A DNA stretch of 64,000 nt from Flaccisagitta enflata. Lineage: Eukaryota. The stretch spans positions 20,212,001-20,276,000 of the forward strand of contig OZ231126.1 of assembly GCA_965153355.1 (NCBI GenBank), in the 5' to 3' direction. This document shows positions 1 through 12,801 of the stretch, one piece after another; position 1 is the first letter of the stretch, and each line of letters opens with the position of its first letter. The notes under the pieces were generated by a model. It did no database searches and was not told the origin of the DNA. It saw only the letters and a list, made by a program, of their open reading frames with translations. The position numbers were made by a program, and so were the translations under genes.

Positions 1-219
1 CACACCGCATTTCCCTTTCAATGTTTTTCTTTCTACTATTGTCCCATACGTTTCCATCTAGGAGAAAGACTGACAATCCGTTCACTCGTTCGATTTTCAA
101 CGTGTTTAGAAATCTCCATTCGTGCCCGTGTTGCCATCATCTGGAAAAGGATTGGGTATTACATAAAAGAAGGTCTCCATTGTCATCCAATATGTTCTAT
201 CATTTTCATCAACAGTAAT

Positions 220-354
220 ACAAGGCCAAGTAGGCCAATAAGGTGCGACGTGTGGATCGTCTAACAAATGCGTTACCCGGCCAACTGTCAGACCAACCAG
301 CCCATCCACAGACGGACACAGCCAGTTGTAGAGGTGCTTTGTCGTACCAATAAA
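220..354 (-). mobile_element. HINE/DINE-like (Helentron-associated) element, family 1
   Basis: Close copies at 54038-54156 and 56365-56498, a shorter one at 43725-43835. Sub-TIR GGTGCGAC..GTCGCACC, internal (GTCY)n, 3' GGCC-TACTT-GGCC hairpin, T-rich flanks. Confidence 0.75.
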
Positions 355-358
355 TGGG

Positions 359-1587
359 TTAAGCATATGCAGGGGTCTCACCATCGTCGTTGTCTTTGTC
401 GTTGTCTTCATCATCATCATGACTTTCGGTGTTAAACGAGTACTCGTTTCCTTCATCCTTCGCCTTTTTCCCGTTAACCCCGAAAGGAGTTGGACTCTCC
501 TCAATGATTGCCCGTCGCCTTCTTTTCAATGGACGCAAGTCACCCAGATCTCCTTCACCGCTTGCATCTTCATCGACTGGGGTGAGGTGGACATCATCCC
601 CCATTGGCTGTAGGGTAAAAGGATAGGATCGTCAGGCCAAATTCTTAAGCATGGATGGGAGCAAGGCCAACGAATAGCCCCTATATCCCTACCCTGCACC
701 CCCCCCTCCCGTTCAACGCTTTAAACAATTTTTTTTTAGCGGACACGCGACTACACCTTACCAGTCAGTTGGTCCGTGTGTCGCTCTGTTGGTCTGTCAT
801 ATTTTCTAATTCAAAGGGTTTTTTTTCATTACTGCTCCTGAACAACCGTTTGTGACTGGATGGCCGTGTATCTGTCCTTGTTTTACATACTTGGAGGTTT
901 TCGTTTTCCACCACCTTCAATCGTTTTCGACTTTCAAAAACCGGTTTCTGTTTCTGTTCTTCAAAGTTTTGGGCGCCATCGTTGTCACTCAGTCCGTTTC
1001 CACCCTCCGAGCTGATGAGAAAATCGTCTCCCATAGACTGTGAAGGAAGGGGGAAGTAAATGTTGAAAGGAAACATTTGGGTTGAACAAGTAAAAGAAAT
1101 GGACAATAAAATCGCCAGTTCATACTATCTCCCCACCCCCAACACACTTGGGCTTCAAGAGTTATCAAATCAAACTCACAACGTGGGGTGTTTCCAGGTG
1201 AGTTGGGAACTCAAATGATTCCTCGATCTTTGGGATGGGGCTCAAGTGGTCGAAATCCGAGCCGAATGAGAACAACTGCTCCGAAGATGAGTCGGTCTCC
1301 TCCGAAGATGAGTCGGTCTCCTCGTAACCTTCGTTTTGGCCATCCGCATGGAGTTGGTCGTTGTAAGAGCTGTCGTTGTAAGAGCTGTCGTTGTAAGAGC
1401 TGTAACTAGTATCAGTAAGGAGAGGCTCGATGTCCGAGTGCGGAGAAGAGACGTCCGAAATGGAAGATACACCGGAAATTTGCGACAAATCGATTGTGTC
1501 GTCCTCCGGACCGTAAGAAGAAGAATCGAGCGTGACATCTTGAAGTGTTTTCGACACCGACTCTTCCTCGACTTTCTTTTGTGACAT
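359..1587 (-). CDS. Spliced acidic, Ser/Asp/Glu-rich low-complexity protein (exons 1587-1180, 1037-891, 607-359; may splice further 3')
   Basis: Donors GTGAGT and GTATGT, acceptors cacag and tacag, all phase 0 and frame-preserving. Exons 2 and 3 both begin xMGDD. Internal 15-bp x3 and 21-bp x2 coding repeats. ATG lies 89 nt after the transposase stop. Confidence 0.65.
733..882 (+). mobile_element. HINE-like element, family 2 (intronic)
   Basis: TTTTTAG..ACGCGACT 5' end and GGCCGTGTATC..CCTTGTT 3' end, shared with 23783-23904, 40016-40170 and others. Confidence 0.65.
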
Positions 1588-1676
1588 TGCGATTGAGAGT
1601 TATGGATTTATTTTTTAGGAAAGAGGGTTGGCATGGACCTGAACGACCAAACCAAGAAGTCATGAAAAAGACAAAA

Positions 1677-4600
1677 TCATGGGATTAATGCAACCCATTC
1701 ATTTAGGGGATTTTTCTCATAGTCATATCCGGTATAAAGAGGACGGCGCAAATAATGATAAGAGGAAGTATGATCCTGTTCGTAAAATGTTGACTTGAAT
1801 TCCTCTAAGAGGACTACGTTAAACCTTTTGTTGGGAGTTTTTTGGTCAATCTTTGGAACACGTGTATGGGGATCAATTGTAACAGAAAAAACCTGTCCAA
1901 AGAAGCCCAATTTTGATGAATCCTCTTTTGCTATGAGTAGATTATCGATTCGAACAAACTCGGTGTCTGATTTGAAGTAAAATGTTGTCTTATGAAAGTT
2001 GGTGTTAAGTATAGTTAAGGTTGCGAGTTCTTCAAAGTCCCCTTGACCAAAGGTTTTCCATAAATCCTTTGTTCGCTTTGAAGTTTTATTCCTTTTAATA
2101 CGTATGCGTGACCCTTTCTTCTTCCAACTTCGTAGAGGATTGAGGATGGAAAACCGATTGGAAAAGAAGGCCGCTTTACGTTCATGCATGAGGGCCGGAT
2201 AGTTTACGATCGATTTCCTGTTATTGGCCTTCACAACCGCGGTTTTAAAAATTCGATGACTGTTCTCTCCTCGTCGTGTTGAGCTCCCCACGGGTGCTGG
2301 GCCAAAATCCCTTATTCCCATCGGCGCATGAAGAAGATAATGGTCCTGTACATTTTATGAGGCAATCAAGGCAATAAGCATTAAAAATCAACACGACCCC
2401 GGACAAATTGATGACTCAAAAAACAAATTGCACAAGATGGAGAAAGTAGCTAGTATTTACCTTTGGTTTAAGAGGAGGATTGTACATTGATGGTGGTTTC
2501 AGTCTTGGTTTCTTTTTTGGAGGCGCCTCCTCCTCTTCATCCTCCTGGTTTTCTCCCTCTGGTTCCTCATATTCTTCCTCATCATCCTCACACTCTTGCG
2601 TCTGATCATTCTCAGTCTGAGTAGTAGTTTGACTGCCGCAAGGACCACGCTTCCGTTTTTGACTCGGAGTATTGCCTTTTTCCTGCTCCCTTTTCTTTTT
2701 CTCATCATCATATTTCTTTAGGTCGGAGGCATAACTGGCGTTTCGTGTAAGGTCCATTCTCAGCTTATACATGTTCCAAAGAAGTTTTTCGATTTCCACA
2801 ATATCCCCCTCTGTTACATGGTTTCTGCAAAACAGCTCGTCTAACTTGGCCAATGTGTCCAAGAGTTTGAATTCCTTTGTCAGGCAAATTGCTCGATAAT
2901 CATTGAACGAATGAAAGGCGACTCTTGTCAGTTGAAGGGTTGTTGACAGTTCGGCGAAAGAGCCTTGAAAAACCGGGTGTGGAGTCCCTGTCCAATGTTT
3001 CTTTGAAAAGGGAGGGACCGGATTTTTTTGATGCCTCCCAGTTTTCCGTGGGATGACTCTGTACTTGTCGTCTAATTCTTCAATCGTGAATCTCTTCTTT
3101 GTTAAGAGAGATTTAATGGCAATCCCAAAGCATTCTTTGGCAGCTCCTCCGTGGAAGTTATGCCAAACGTCCCCTGGCAGGTCCCTGCCCACATCAAAAT
3201 CAGTCAATCGCCTCAGTGGTGTGTCCTGGATAACGCCATCGACATTGAATGCGAAATTTTCCCGACGGTCGCCCAAGAAAGAAAGGAATTCATCAGCGTC
3301 TTTTGCAATTTTATATTTCTTCTGTTCGATGTTGCACTGTCTGCAGGGGTGGGTAATGTGAGGGGTAAAGCTTGCTGGTAATCCAGCTAATGGATTCATG
3401 CACAGCGAATCCCCAATGAATTCACCCAAAATAAATTTTACTTTGTCATTCCCAAACTTACAAACTGTTTCCGTGAGGGTGTTCAATTGGTCCACAACTT
3501 TCTCCAAAACAACGTTATAATTGTACTTGGTGATCTGATTGGATTGGCACATGCCTAGTAGCAGGACACATTTTTCAGTGGTGCTATGAGCGGTGAGGTG
3601 TATAAATATGTATATACCCAAGATCTTATTTTTTGAATTATGCTTTGTAAAACCACGATCCAGGGTTAGGTCGTCAGCAAACACAGTAAAGACAATGCCC
3701 TTTTCGTCTGGTTGAAGTTTTTTCAGTTTTTCCTTTATTCGATGGCCGTCGTATATGGATAAATACCTCACCTTGTGGTGTTCATCATTTGCCAAACATT
3801 CCTCATTGTAATTTTTGTTTTCCTCCAGAAATTCTTTGGACTTCTCCCATAACTGGAGCATCCCCTCTGTGTTCAAAAACCGTTGGATAAGCTTTTTGGG
3901 GTCAAACATGAGGATAAAGTCTTTGGGGTTTGTGTCGTTACTCACAAAATAATGGATGTATGGTTGGATGACATTTTCCCTTTCTTGAAATGTTTGTTCA
4001 CGTTTGTATTTGGTTTCAAACTTTGCAGAATGGAAGGGATCAGCCAAATGGTTTTCAAGTTTTTCTCTCATCTCACGAATGGGGGGGTCGTGTAGCTCCA
4101 CTTGGTAGCGATTGAGAGTATCTGTAACGATGGACAGGACTGTTTTTCTTAAGATTTCACCAATATCTGCCAAACTTTTTCCAAGAACATCTAGGGCAGT
4201 ATCTTGCACGCCATAAATATAGCGCAGACTGCCATACATGGTCTGCAGTATGGGGCATATCTCATCAACATGCTCCATATTTTGAGAAGAACAAGTGTTG
4301 TTTTCTGGGGTTGCATTTGGGTTTGGAGCATTGTTTGGATCGCTTGTGCCATCACCTTCATTGTCATCCTCTACATCAGCTTCACCAGGATCCACACCGT
4401 CAACTTCAACTTGATCTCCATCTCCATTATTGTTTTCACAGTTTCGCACATGTATGTTAAAAGGGATGAGCTCGTTTACGTGTTTGTTAAAGCAGGACTG
4501 TGCCCTTTTTTTCACGGCCCAACTCCGAGAACATCCTTCAAAGATACAGAGTACCGGTAGTGGTTGCCGGTAATCATGATCTGGATAATGCGCCAGGTAG

Positions 4601-4929
4601 TGAGATTTTATCTTTAACCGATTTTGAGTTTCAAAGTCATTGGATGGGAATAGGTTGATTTTCTGCTGACAAATGCGGCAACGGTGGTATCGTTCAGCTT
4701 GATTAGGAGGAATCGCCGTTGAATATGTGTGATATTTTTCAAGATGACGGAAAAAACAAGTTTTTTGGCGTTTTTTAAACTTGAACACGGTTGTACAGAA
4801 GATGCAGACGTGACGGTTATCAACCACATGTTGGGTCATATGTCTGTAAGCCTCCTCTAGATTATTTGAAACAACCGTTCGGCACAATCTACACTCCCTG
4901 TTTGGGAGATTAGGAAGAGATGTTGACAT
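1677..4929 (-). CDS. CMC/EnSpm(CACTA)-type DDE transposase with N-terminal C2H2 zinc fingers, ~1045 aa, 2 exons (4929-2461, 2345-1677)
   Basis: Motifs match animal EnSpm-like transposases as I recall them: FADDL..KILGIY; GDSL..LAG...SF...PCRQC; GV..DTPL....FDV...LPGDVWH; and, after splicing the 115-bp GT-AG intron (2460-2346), PK|DHYLLHAPMGIRDFGP...RRGENSHRIFK (cf. PKHH..HY..I..FGP....RFE.KH..FK). Three to four CxxC..H..H fingers at the N-terminus. Confidence 0.88.
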
Positions 4930-5213
4930 TGTCTACCACTTGTTGAAAAAGTCTTTGTTTTTTTGTTCGACAGTGTCACTCATCGTAACCATGTGTTGCC
5001 CAATATCTTTTTCTACATGAATCGAAAACAAGGAAATGTTTTGCGGAAAAAAACCACAGCATTTTAAAACATATACACGCGGGGATTGCCTAAGATGAGG
5101 TCACTTTATGTTATCTGGTGCCAGTGTCCAGAAAATGTCTGGGGGCTCCACCCCTGGGTAAAACCAAAAAAGTCAATGCATTCATGAAAATAAACGCAAA
5201 ATATTACGCGAGA

Positions 5214-5688
5214 TATACATGGGGGTGAGAGTAAAAAAATTTTTTTGAATTTTTTGCATACTTTTCCAAAATTTGGGAAAAGGGGAACCCTGTCGCACTA
5301 AAAAATACGCCGAAAAGTCCCAAAAAAAATTGTAAAGGATTTTTGAAAATTCGTCTTAAAGCCTTGACAATTTTCTCCACCACAAAAAAGGCTAAAATTT
5401 GCAAAAATGTTCAACCATTTTTTTTTATATTCGCAAAACCATACCAAATCCTCCAGATTCTTTTTTATCTCACTTCAGTGACTATGCAAAAATCTTTTTA
5501 AATGTGGTATAATTTTTTCATCTTTGCAGCCTACATGTCTACACGCGACTTGGCCAGCTGTGTATCCGGCCTTGTATAAAGAAAAATTTCCCACCAAAAT
5601 TTTTTTTTTATGTAAATAATTTTTTTCTAAGTTAATGAAACATGCTAAAATATGCATAAAAATTTTTTGCTTTCACCCCTATGGATAT
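5214..5688. mobile_element. Degenerate AT-rich MITE-like insertion
   Basis: Imperfect terminal inverted repeats: tatacatgggggtgagagtaaaaaaattttt versus the reverse complement of the right end, tatccataggggtgaaagcaaaaaattttt. Confidence 0.45.
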
Positions 5689-5807
5689 ATAATCAAAACA
5701 GTCTCCGCTTTCTTTTTTTATACTAGAACATTTATAAGAAAGATGTGAAAAGCAATCCAGGAAACCTGTACCAGTACTCTTCTAGTCAACTGCTTATTGC
5801 ATATTGT

Positions 5808-6842
5808 TCATTCATCGGAGATTTCAATAAGAATTTGGTCTGGATATTCCCCAAAGGTTATGAAATCGTGGTACCCCACATGACGAAGCAAGAAATCTTC
5901 ACGCTCACAATCTTCAGAACAGTACACTGCTGGGTTCGAGATGTGACGATCAACGCACCACTCGCATGGATCAAACATATTAAAGATGGGCTCCGTCTTT
6001 TGGCAACGTTCATTTGAGCACGACCGTCGCAAATCATCTTTACGCCGTTTGTGCATCTCGTGGTGTTCGCGCCAGTCAGCTTTGAAACAGCCCCTCCCGC
6101 AGTAGAAGCTGATATTGAAAAAGGAGAATGGTTAATAGGAAAAAAATAAAACAATCTGTTTTCAGTCGCAGACATGCAACTCCACCTTGTATAATTATTT
6201 ATTTTTTTTTTTACTGCTTCGGCAAAACCCTCCGCGACTGGATTGCCGTGTATCCGGAATCCTTGTAAAAGGGCTTCACCTTATTTTGTGGACCAAACCA
6301 AGTCTTTTCGCATCCTTGAAAACTTTAAAACAAATCGGACAAGCGTGATGTTTTGTTTCCACGTGGATCCCCTCCACGTCGCCGCATTTTTCGCATTTTC
6401 TGGGCTTGCCATTTACATAAATTGGCTCCCCAGGTTTTCCATAGAATTGTTGATCTCGGTCCTCTGGGTATTCCACCTCACACATGTCGTCGTCGGCACC
6501 AGAAACGTCGACGCCAGAAGCCGAAGCGGCGTCAGCGGCGCTCGAAGCGGAACCCCCAACTGCGCCGTTTATGTCAGAAGGGGCGTCAACGCCAGAAGCC
6601 GAAGCGGCGTCAGCGGCACCGACATTGCTCGTAGGGGTAACTCGTGATTCTCCCTGTAGTGTTGAGGTTACAACGTCGTGTTGACCATGCGATTCAGAGT
6701 CCATTACAATAAGATGGTTGACGGACTCCATTATCCCCAGGTATTCGGAAAGAGCGTTTACGCCAGGGTTAGTGTCAGGACGATCTGAAAGGACCTCCCG
6801 ACCATGGCCCTCATGGGAACCATGGTTTCTTTTTCTATCCAT
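5808..6842 (-). CDS. Tandem MYND-like (zf-C6H2) zinc-finger protein A, ~287 aa, 2 exons (6842-6280, 6108-5808)
   Basis: Phase-2 intron joins CEKC...CPIC...HKI|SFYCGRGCFKADWREHHEMHK, which resembles the MetAP1 zf-C6H2/MYND pattern. A second finger follows: CSNERC...CEWC...YCSEDC...H...H. Confidence 0.75.
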
Positions 6843-7150
6843 TAATTTTGACTCGCAATTCTTATTCCACAGTGCACTTTTATGATAGGAGAGTTTTATT
6901 TTAACCAAACATAGCTAAACAAGTAAAGGAAACAAGATGGTTAGGCTACCATGTGTATGTAAAATAAACAACAAATGGAAATGCAAACTGCATGTGAATC
7001 ATAACAGGTTGTGCGATACCCCGGCCCAAACTGCCATGGGCACAAACAAGTAAAGGAAATGGTTTTCCCTTTGTTTACCCATAACCCTATAACCATAAAC
7101 TGGATAATAATGAGGAAGTCGAGAAACGAGAAACAAGAAACTTTGGCGAT

Positions 7151-8816
7151 TTAAATATCCATGACAAGCGGCCATGACAAGAACGTGAGACCAGGAAGGG
7201 TGATATCGTCCTTACAGTACTTTCTCTTCTTTGACGTTGAATCCGTACCGCTACTACCTTCGGTCATGTCACGGCGACAGAGGACGTGGACGTCACGAAT
7301 AACAAAAGACGGTGAATATCTTTTCTCTGGACCACGCGCGATTGTGACAAAGGGCCTTTTTGGCGAGCATTCGTCAAATTTCTCGCGTATCCTTTGCAAG
7401 GATTTTATCCTGGGGTCCTTTTGAGCGTGGCTTGAATAGTGGACTCCAGGGAATGGAGGCTTAGCAAGGCCGAAACGTACATTTTCACACGGTCCAATCG
7501 AACGCGAACGAGGTTTGTTGCGCTCCCATTTTCCTTTACCAGCCAAGGAACGCGAACGCCGTTGACACTCCCTCGCACGTTCACCGATCGCTTTTCCCGA
7601 ATACCTAGGAGTTGCAATAGTTAAGGTTTTTTAATTAACTAGTTAATAGTTAACTAACTAAAAAAGCTAAAATAGTAAAAATTTTCACCCTATTATTGAT
7701 AGAATTTACAAAAAAATTTCATTATTTTTATACAATTTTCAAATCTATCAATAATTTCAGTATTGATTTCACTGTTTCAGGCTAAAAATCATCAAGTTTC
7801 TATGTTGCAATCCAAATATTTTTTCTTTATGTCAAAAAATTTTACCAAAAATCATGTCATATACAGGAAAAAAGGTGATTTACCACCCATTTCTCCTTAA
7901 AAACAGTTAACGGTTAGGGGTTCTCAGAATTTTTACTAGTTAACTAGCTAGTTAAAGTTAACTATTGCGAGTCCTATGAATACCCAAAATACGAGTGAAA
8001 AGGCTTGGGGTGGGAATTGTGACGAAACCGAGATAGGTGGTGGTTCAGTGGAGAAACCTCATTGTCGGTTTTTAGCCCACTATCGTTGTCACTATTGTTG
8101 TCGCTTTGTGATCCACCATCATCAAATAAACCAGCTTTTAAGGTACGGGCAGCGACGCCGGAAGCATCAGGAAGGGCAGTGGCGGCGCAAGAAGCGGTGC
8201 GAGAAACGCAAACATCAACGTCAACGTCATCGTCGACATAACTGGTGACAGTGCATTCCTGGCAGTTGGGAGCATGGTTCCCAAGGCCGAGACAGCGGCG
8301 ATGCTTGTACAGTTCCCGACTACGATTCCAGATTCTTAATGAGTCGGGGTCGCGCGTGCGCGCGCACTGAGTGGTGGGATCAACGCCGGAAGCATGACCA
8401 TAATTAGTGGTTGGAGAAATGTTGACGGCGGCGCTGGAAGCGTAAGCGTCGGAATCGGCGGTGAAGGAAGTGCCGCAAGTAGCTTCGATGGTGGCACACA
8501 TAGCGCTGGCAATGACGCCGGAAGCGTTGGCGGCGGCGGCGCAAGAAGCATCAGCGGCGGAAGCAGCAGCGCAGGGAGCGGGACGTTTTGAGATGGGCGG
8601 TGCGGTAATGTTAACGGCGTTGGCTTCCGTATCAACATCGGGAAAAGTTTCCATGGAATCGGAATCGAGAACCAAATTTTCATCCACGGAAAAATGGGCA
8701 CTTTGGGATAGTGGAGGAAGGCCAGTATCTGAGGTCAGAACCGGGAAAGTGCCAGGAGAATCGCCAATCCGATTGATAATAAGGGATGAGCCTGTATCCA
8801 GGGGTGCACATTGCAT
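7151..8816 (-). pseudogene. ~428-aa orphan ORF interrupted by a hAT-type MITE
   Basis: Removing 7606-7976 plus one TSD copy fuses ...HSYFGYS to GKAIGERARECQRRSRSLAGKGKW... in frame. Ala-rich ASGV repeats and a C/H cluster (RCLGLGNHAPNCQEC). Confidence 0.7.
7606..7976. mobile_element. hAT-type MITE (371 bp)
   Basis: TIRs TAGGAGTTGCAATAGTTAA and TTAACTATTGCGAGTCCTA; 8-bp TSD cgaatacc/tgaatacc; internal TAACTA-rich subterminal repeats. Confidence 0.85.
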
Positions 8817-8927
8817 TTTTAAGTAAAGGAAAATATTCTCTTTAGTTGCGTGCAACGCTACCACACCCCGCTTTGTCAGTGCGTCGGTCGGTTGCTAGGT
8901 TAGTCATCCCTTTTTCCTTTTTATATG

Positions 8928-9329
8928 TTAAGTAAATGTGGAACTCTCACACATGACATGCACGCGATGACCTTTCCCAAAAAAATCCCACCTTACAAAA
9001 TGATTTCTTACACATAACATTGCTATTTTTAGCCAAAGAAGTGCACCTCTGGAAACACCATCATCTTGGACGTTTTTGACATCATCGAGAGTGTCATGTT
9101 CGTCATCATCTTCGTCGTCATCATCTTCGTCGTAACCATCTTCGTCATCAGCGTCATCATCGTCGTCGTCGTCACCATCGTCATCGTCGCCATCCTCATC
9201 GTCGCCATCCTCATCATCAATGCGCATGTCATTTTCAAACTCCCGTAGAAGAAGATTTACAACCACGTCTAAACAGTCGAAACCAGGCTGTGGTGGAGAA
9301 CCAGGCTCTTCCTCTTCCGGAGACTGCAT
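8928..9329 (-). CDS. Acidic (poly-Asp) orphan ORF or first exon
   Basis: ATG at 9329, Asp-rich core, possible donor AG|GTGGGA near 8992; downstream splicing is uncertain. Confidence 0.45.
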   Translation of the reverse strand: MQSPEEEEPGSPPQPGFDCLDVVVNLLLREFENDMRIDDEDGDDEDGDDDDGDDDDDDDADDEDGYDEDDDDEDDDEHDTLDDVKNVQDDGVSRGALLWLKIAMLCVRNHFVRWDFFGKGHRVHVMCESSTFT

Positions 9330-9830
9330 ATTGTATATGTGGCGTTTGTCATGCAGAATCAAGTTTTCTTATAAATGATGTGCAAACTGGTTAAGCAAAA
9401 ATAACCTTTTCTTGAGGCACAAACGAGTAGCTCCTGTACAGACAGCTTTTAAACAAGGTCATTCACAATCGCTCAAAGGAGTATTAACCCAAATTGGGTT
9501 GGAACATAACAACTACTCATAATTAGAAACCATAGGGATTATCAAGGTGAGGAGGTGACACAACACCCAATATCTCATCAATTTCCGCCACCGTGAGTGG
9601 TGTATTCCACCATTCCCGAAAGAGGCTCATGGGTGACCTTTCGCAGGAGAGATCAGAAGAATTCAATTCCCCCGGACGGACCAACTCCCCACCATTGGGC
9701 ATTTTCGTACCGAGCTGTAAATAGACATTTGGGAGATATAAAAGAAGTAATACCCAATTACGCTTGCTCTCTCTCTTTCTCTCTCACTGTCTCTCACTCT
9801 CTCTCCCTCCAACCCTCCAACCCTCCCTCC

Positions 9831-11254
<1,424 letters not shown>

Positions 11255-11301
11255 TCTACTAATTTCTTATTATTTTTCCTTCTGAATGAAAAATGATTTG
11301 A

Positions 11302-11676
11302 ATGACATTTTCCTATTACATCCAACACCAAAATTTTTTTGGGAAGATAAACATGCGTGTGAAACCTATGTTTATGATATTATCAATAGAAAATGAAGAT
11401 ACATCAGGTAACTTTTTTCATCTTGCATATAATTCAACGATGAATTATGAACAGGCCAAATTATATGGCACAATTTCCCAATTTGTGAAAGATAGAAATA
11501 CCGGTAAATTCTTCAAGCCCTTTTGGGCAAACCACAAGGTATACCTAAACGACGGGGTGATCATCAACCTGGAAAACAGCCATGTCACAATTATTAAAAC
11601 AAAAATACCCTTCTTTATTGGTATCCGAACAGGTAAAGCAAAAATCAATATATACCTAAACAGCAAAAGTGAGTAA
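11302..11676 (+). CDS. 124-aa orphan ORF, opposite in orientation to its neighbours
   Basis: Open frame in AT-rich DNA filling the gap between two minus-strand genes without overlap; no motif recognised. Confidence 0.35.
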   Translation: MTFSYYIQHQNFFGKINMRVKPMFMILSIENEDTSGNFFHLAYNSTMNYEQAKLYGTISQFVKDRNTGKFFKPFWANHKVYLNDGVIINLENSHVTIIKTKIPFFIGIRTGKAKINIYLNSKSE

Positions 11677-11725
11677 TGCTCAACATGGAAAAGTAACAGG
11701 TGACCGATAGGTGACGGAGCAGAAA

Positions 11726-12396
11726 CTACTGCCTAGAAAAAAAATGGGGGTGACATTTTCTGAACGCCTTGTCGCACTCACGACTACAAAAGAAATGTTC
11801 AATTTCCGTAGTGTAGTGGAAAATTCTGCCTGCACGACACGAATCGCAGGGGGACCAGAACCCATAACGAGGTTCCCTGATGTTGCAGTTGGAGCATCGA
11901 CGACGGATGTGATCGAGTTTCCGTTTGTGTGTCTGGCGGTGGCGATCCCAATCCAATTGAAAGCACTTCAAGTCGCAGTAGAAGCTGATGAAGGAAAGAT
12001 CAACAGAAGTGAGATTAAGTGTGCAGGAGCTGAATTTATAGGTCTCTTCATCATGTATCCTTGTAACAGGCAACCAAGACGAAAAAATAAGAAGGAAACA
12101 CTGCGACAGGATGAATAAAGAGATATTCACCTGACGGGTGTAGATTCTCGAAGGCCCCATAGATTCAGTCTTTCCACTTCTTCCCGGGACTGATAGCAAA
12201 TGGGGCAGTGTAGGCACGAGTTGTCTTTAACGTCGATGTACTCGTAACAGTACTCGCAAATCTTCGATCCGGGTACGTTACTGTCGCAGGCCCCCAATTT
12301 ATCACTCAAGTCAGGCCCAAAGATGGACATCTCGGTAATAATGTTTCTAAGGGATTCAAGGTTTTCGCCAGAGCGTATGTCATGTCCCATCGCCAT
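11726..12396 (-). CDS. Tandem MYND-like (zf-C6H2) zinc-finger protein B, ~174 aa, 2 exons (12396-12131, 11984-11726)
   Basis: Phase-2 intron joins CEYC...CPIC...TPV|SFYCDLKCFQLDWDRHRQTHK. Second finger CSNC...CDSC...FFCSREC. Same intron position and acceptor (cag|cttctactgc) as protein A. Confidence 0.78.
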
Positions 12397-12801
12397 TACA
12401 ACTGATAAATGTGCTATAGGAGTAAGGAAAGGTCACCTACACATGTGAAAAACATGAAAGTGAACAAACAAGCTTGTAGAGACAGAGAAAGAATGAGAGA
12501 TCAAACTGACAAAGAAAAGCAGTTTTACCCGTAGCACGTGTTTTAAAAGGGAAAAAAAACCGCTGGTATCACAGCCTTGTTACACAGCCTAAGCAAACAA
12601 TGAGAGAGTGATGTTGCACCATGGGGGGGGGGGGGAAATAAAATCTTTTGTTGAATATAACACAGATAAGCTAACGGTATCACATATCAATGTTCAATGA
12701 TCACATATCGCTGATCCAAAGTTTGTTACAACCACAAGTATCATCAGTTTGTTTCGACCACATAACCTCATCACGTAACCTCATCACGTAACTTCATCAT
12801 A

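Noticed and set aside
106-504. 132-aa ORF as an independent gene
   Set aside because: It runs through a HINE insertion and overlaps exon 3 of the acidic gene in another frame; sequence below 220 may be coding but cannot be resolved at the window edge.
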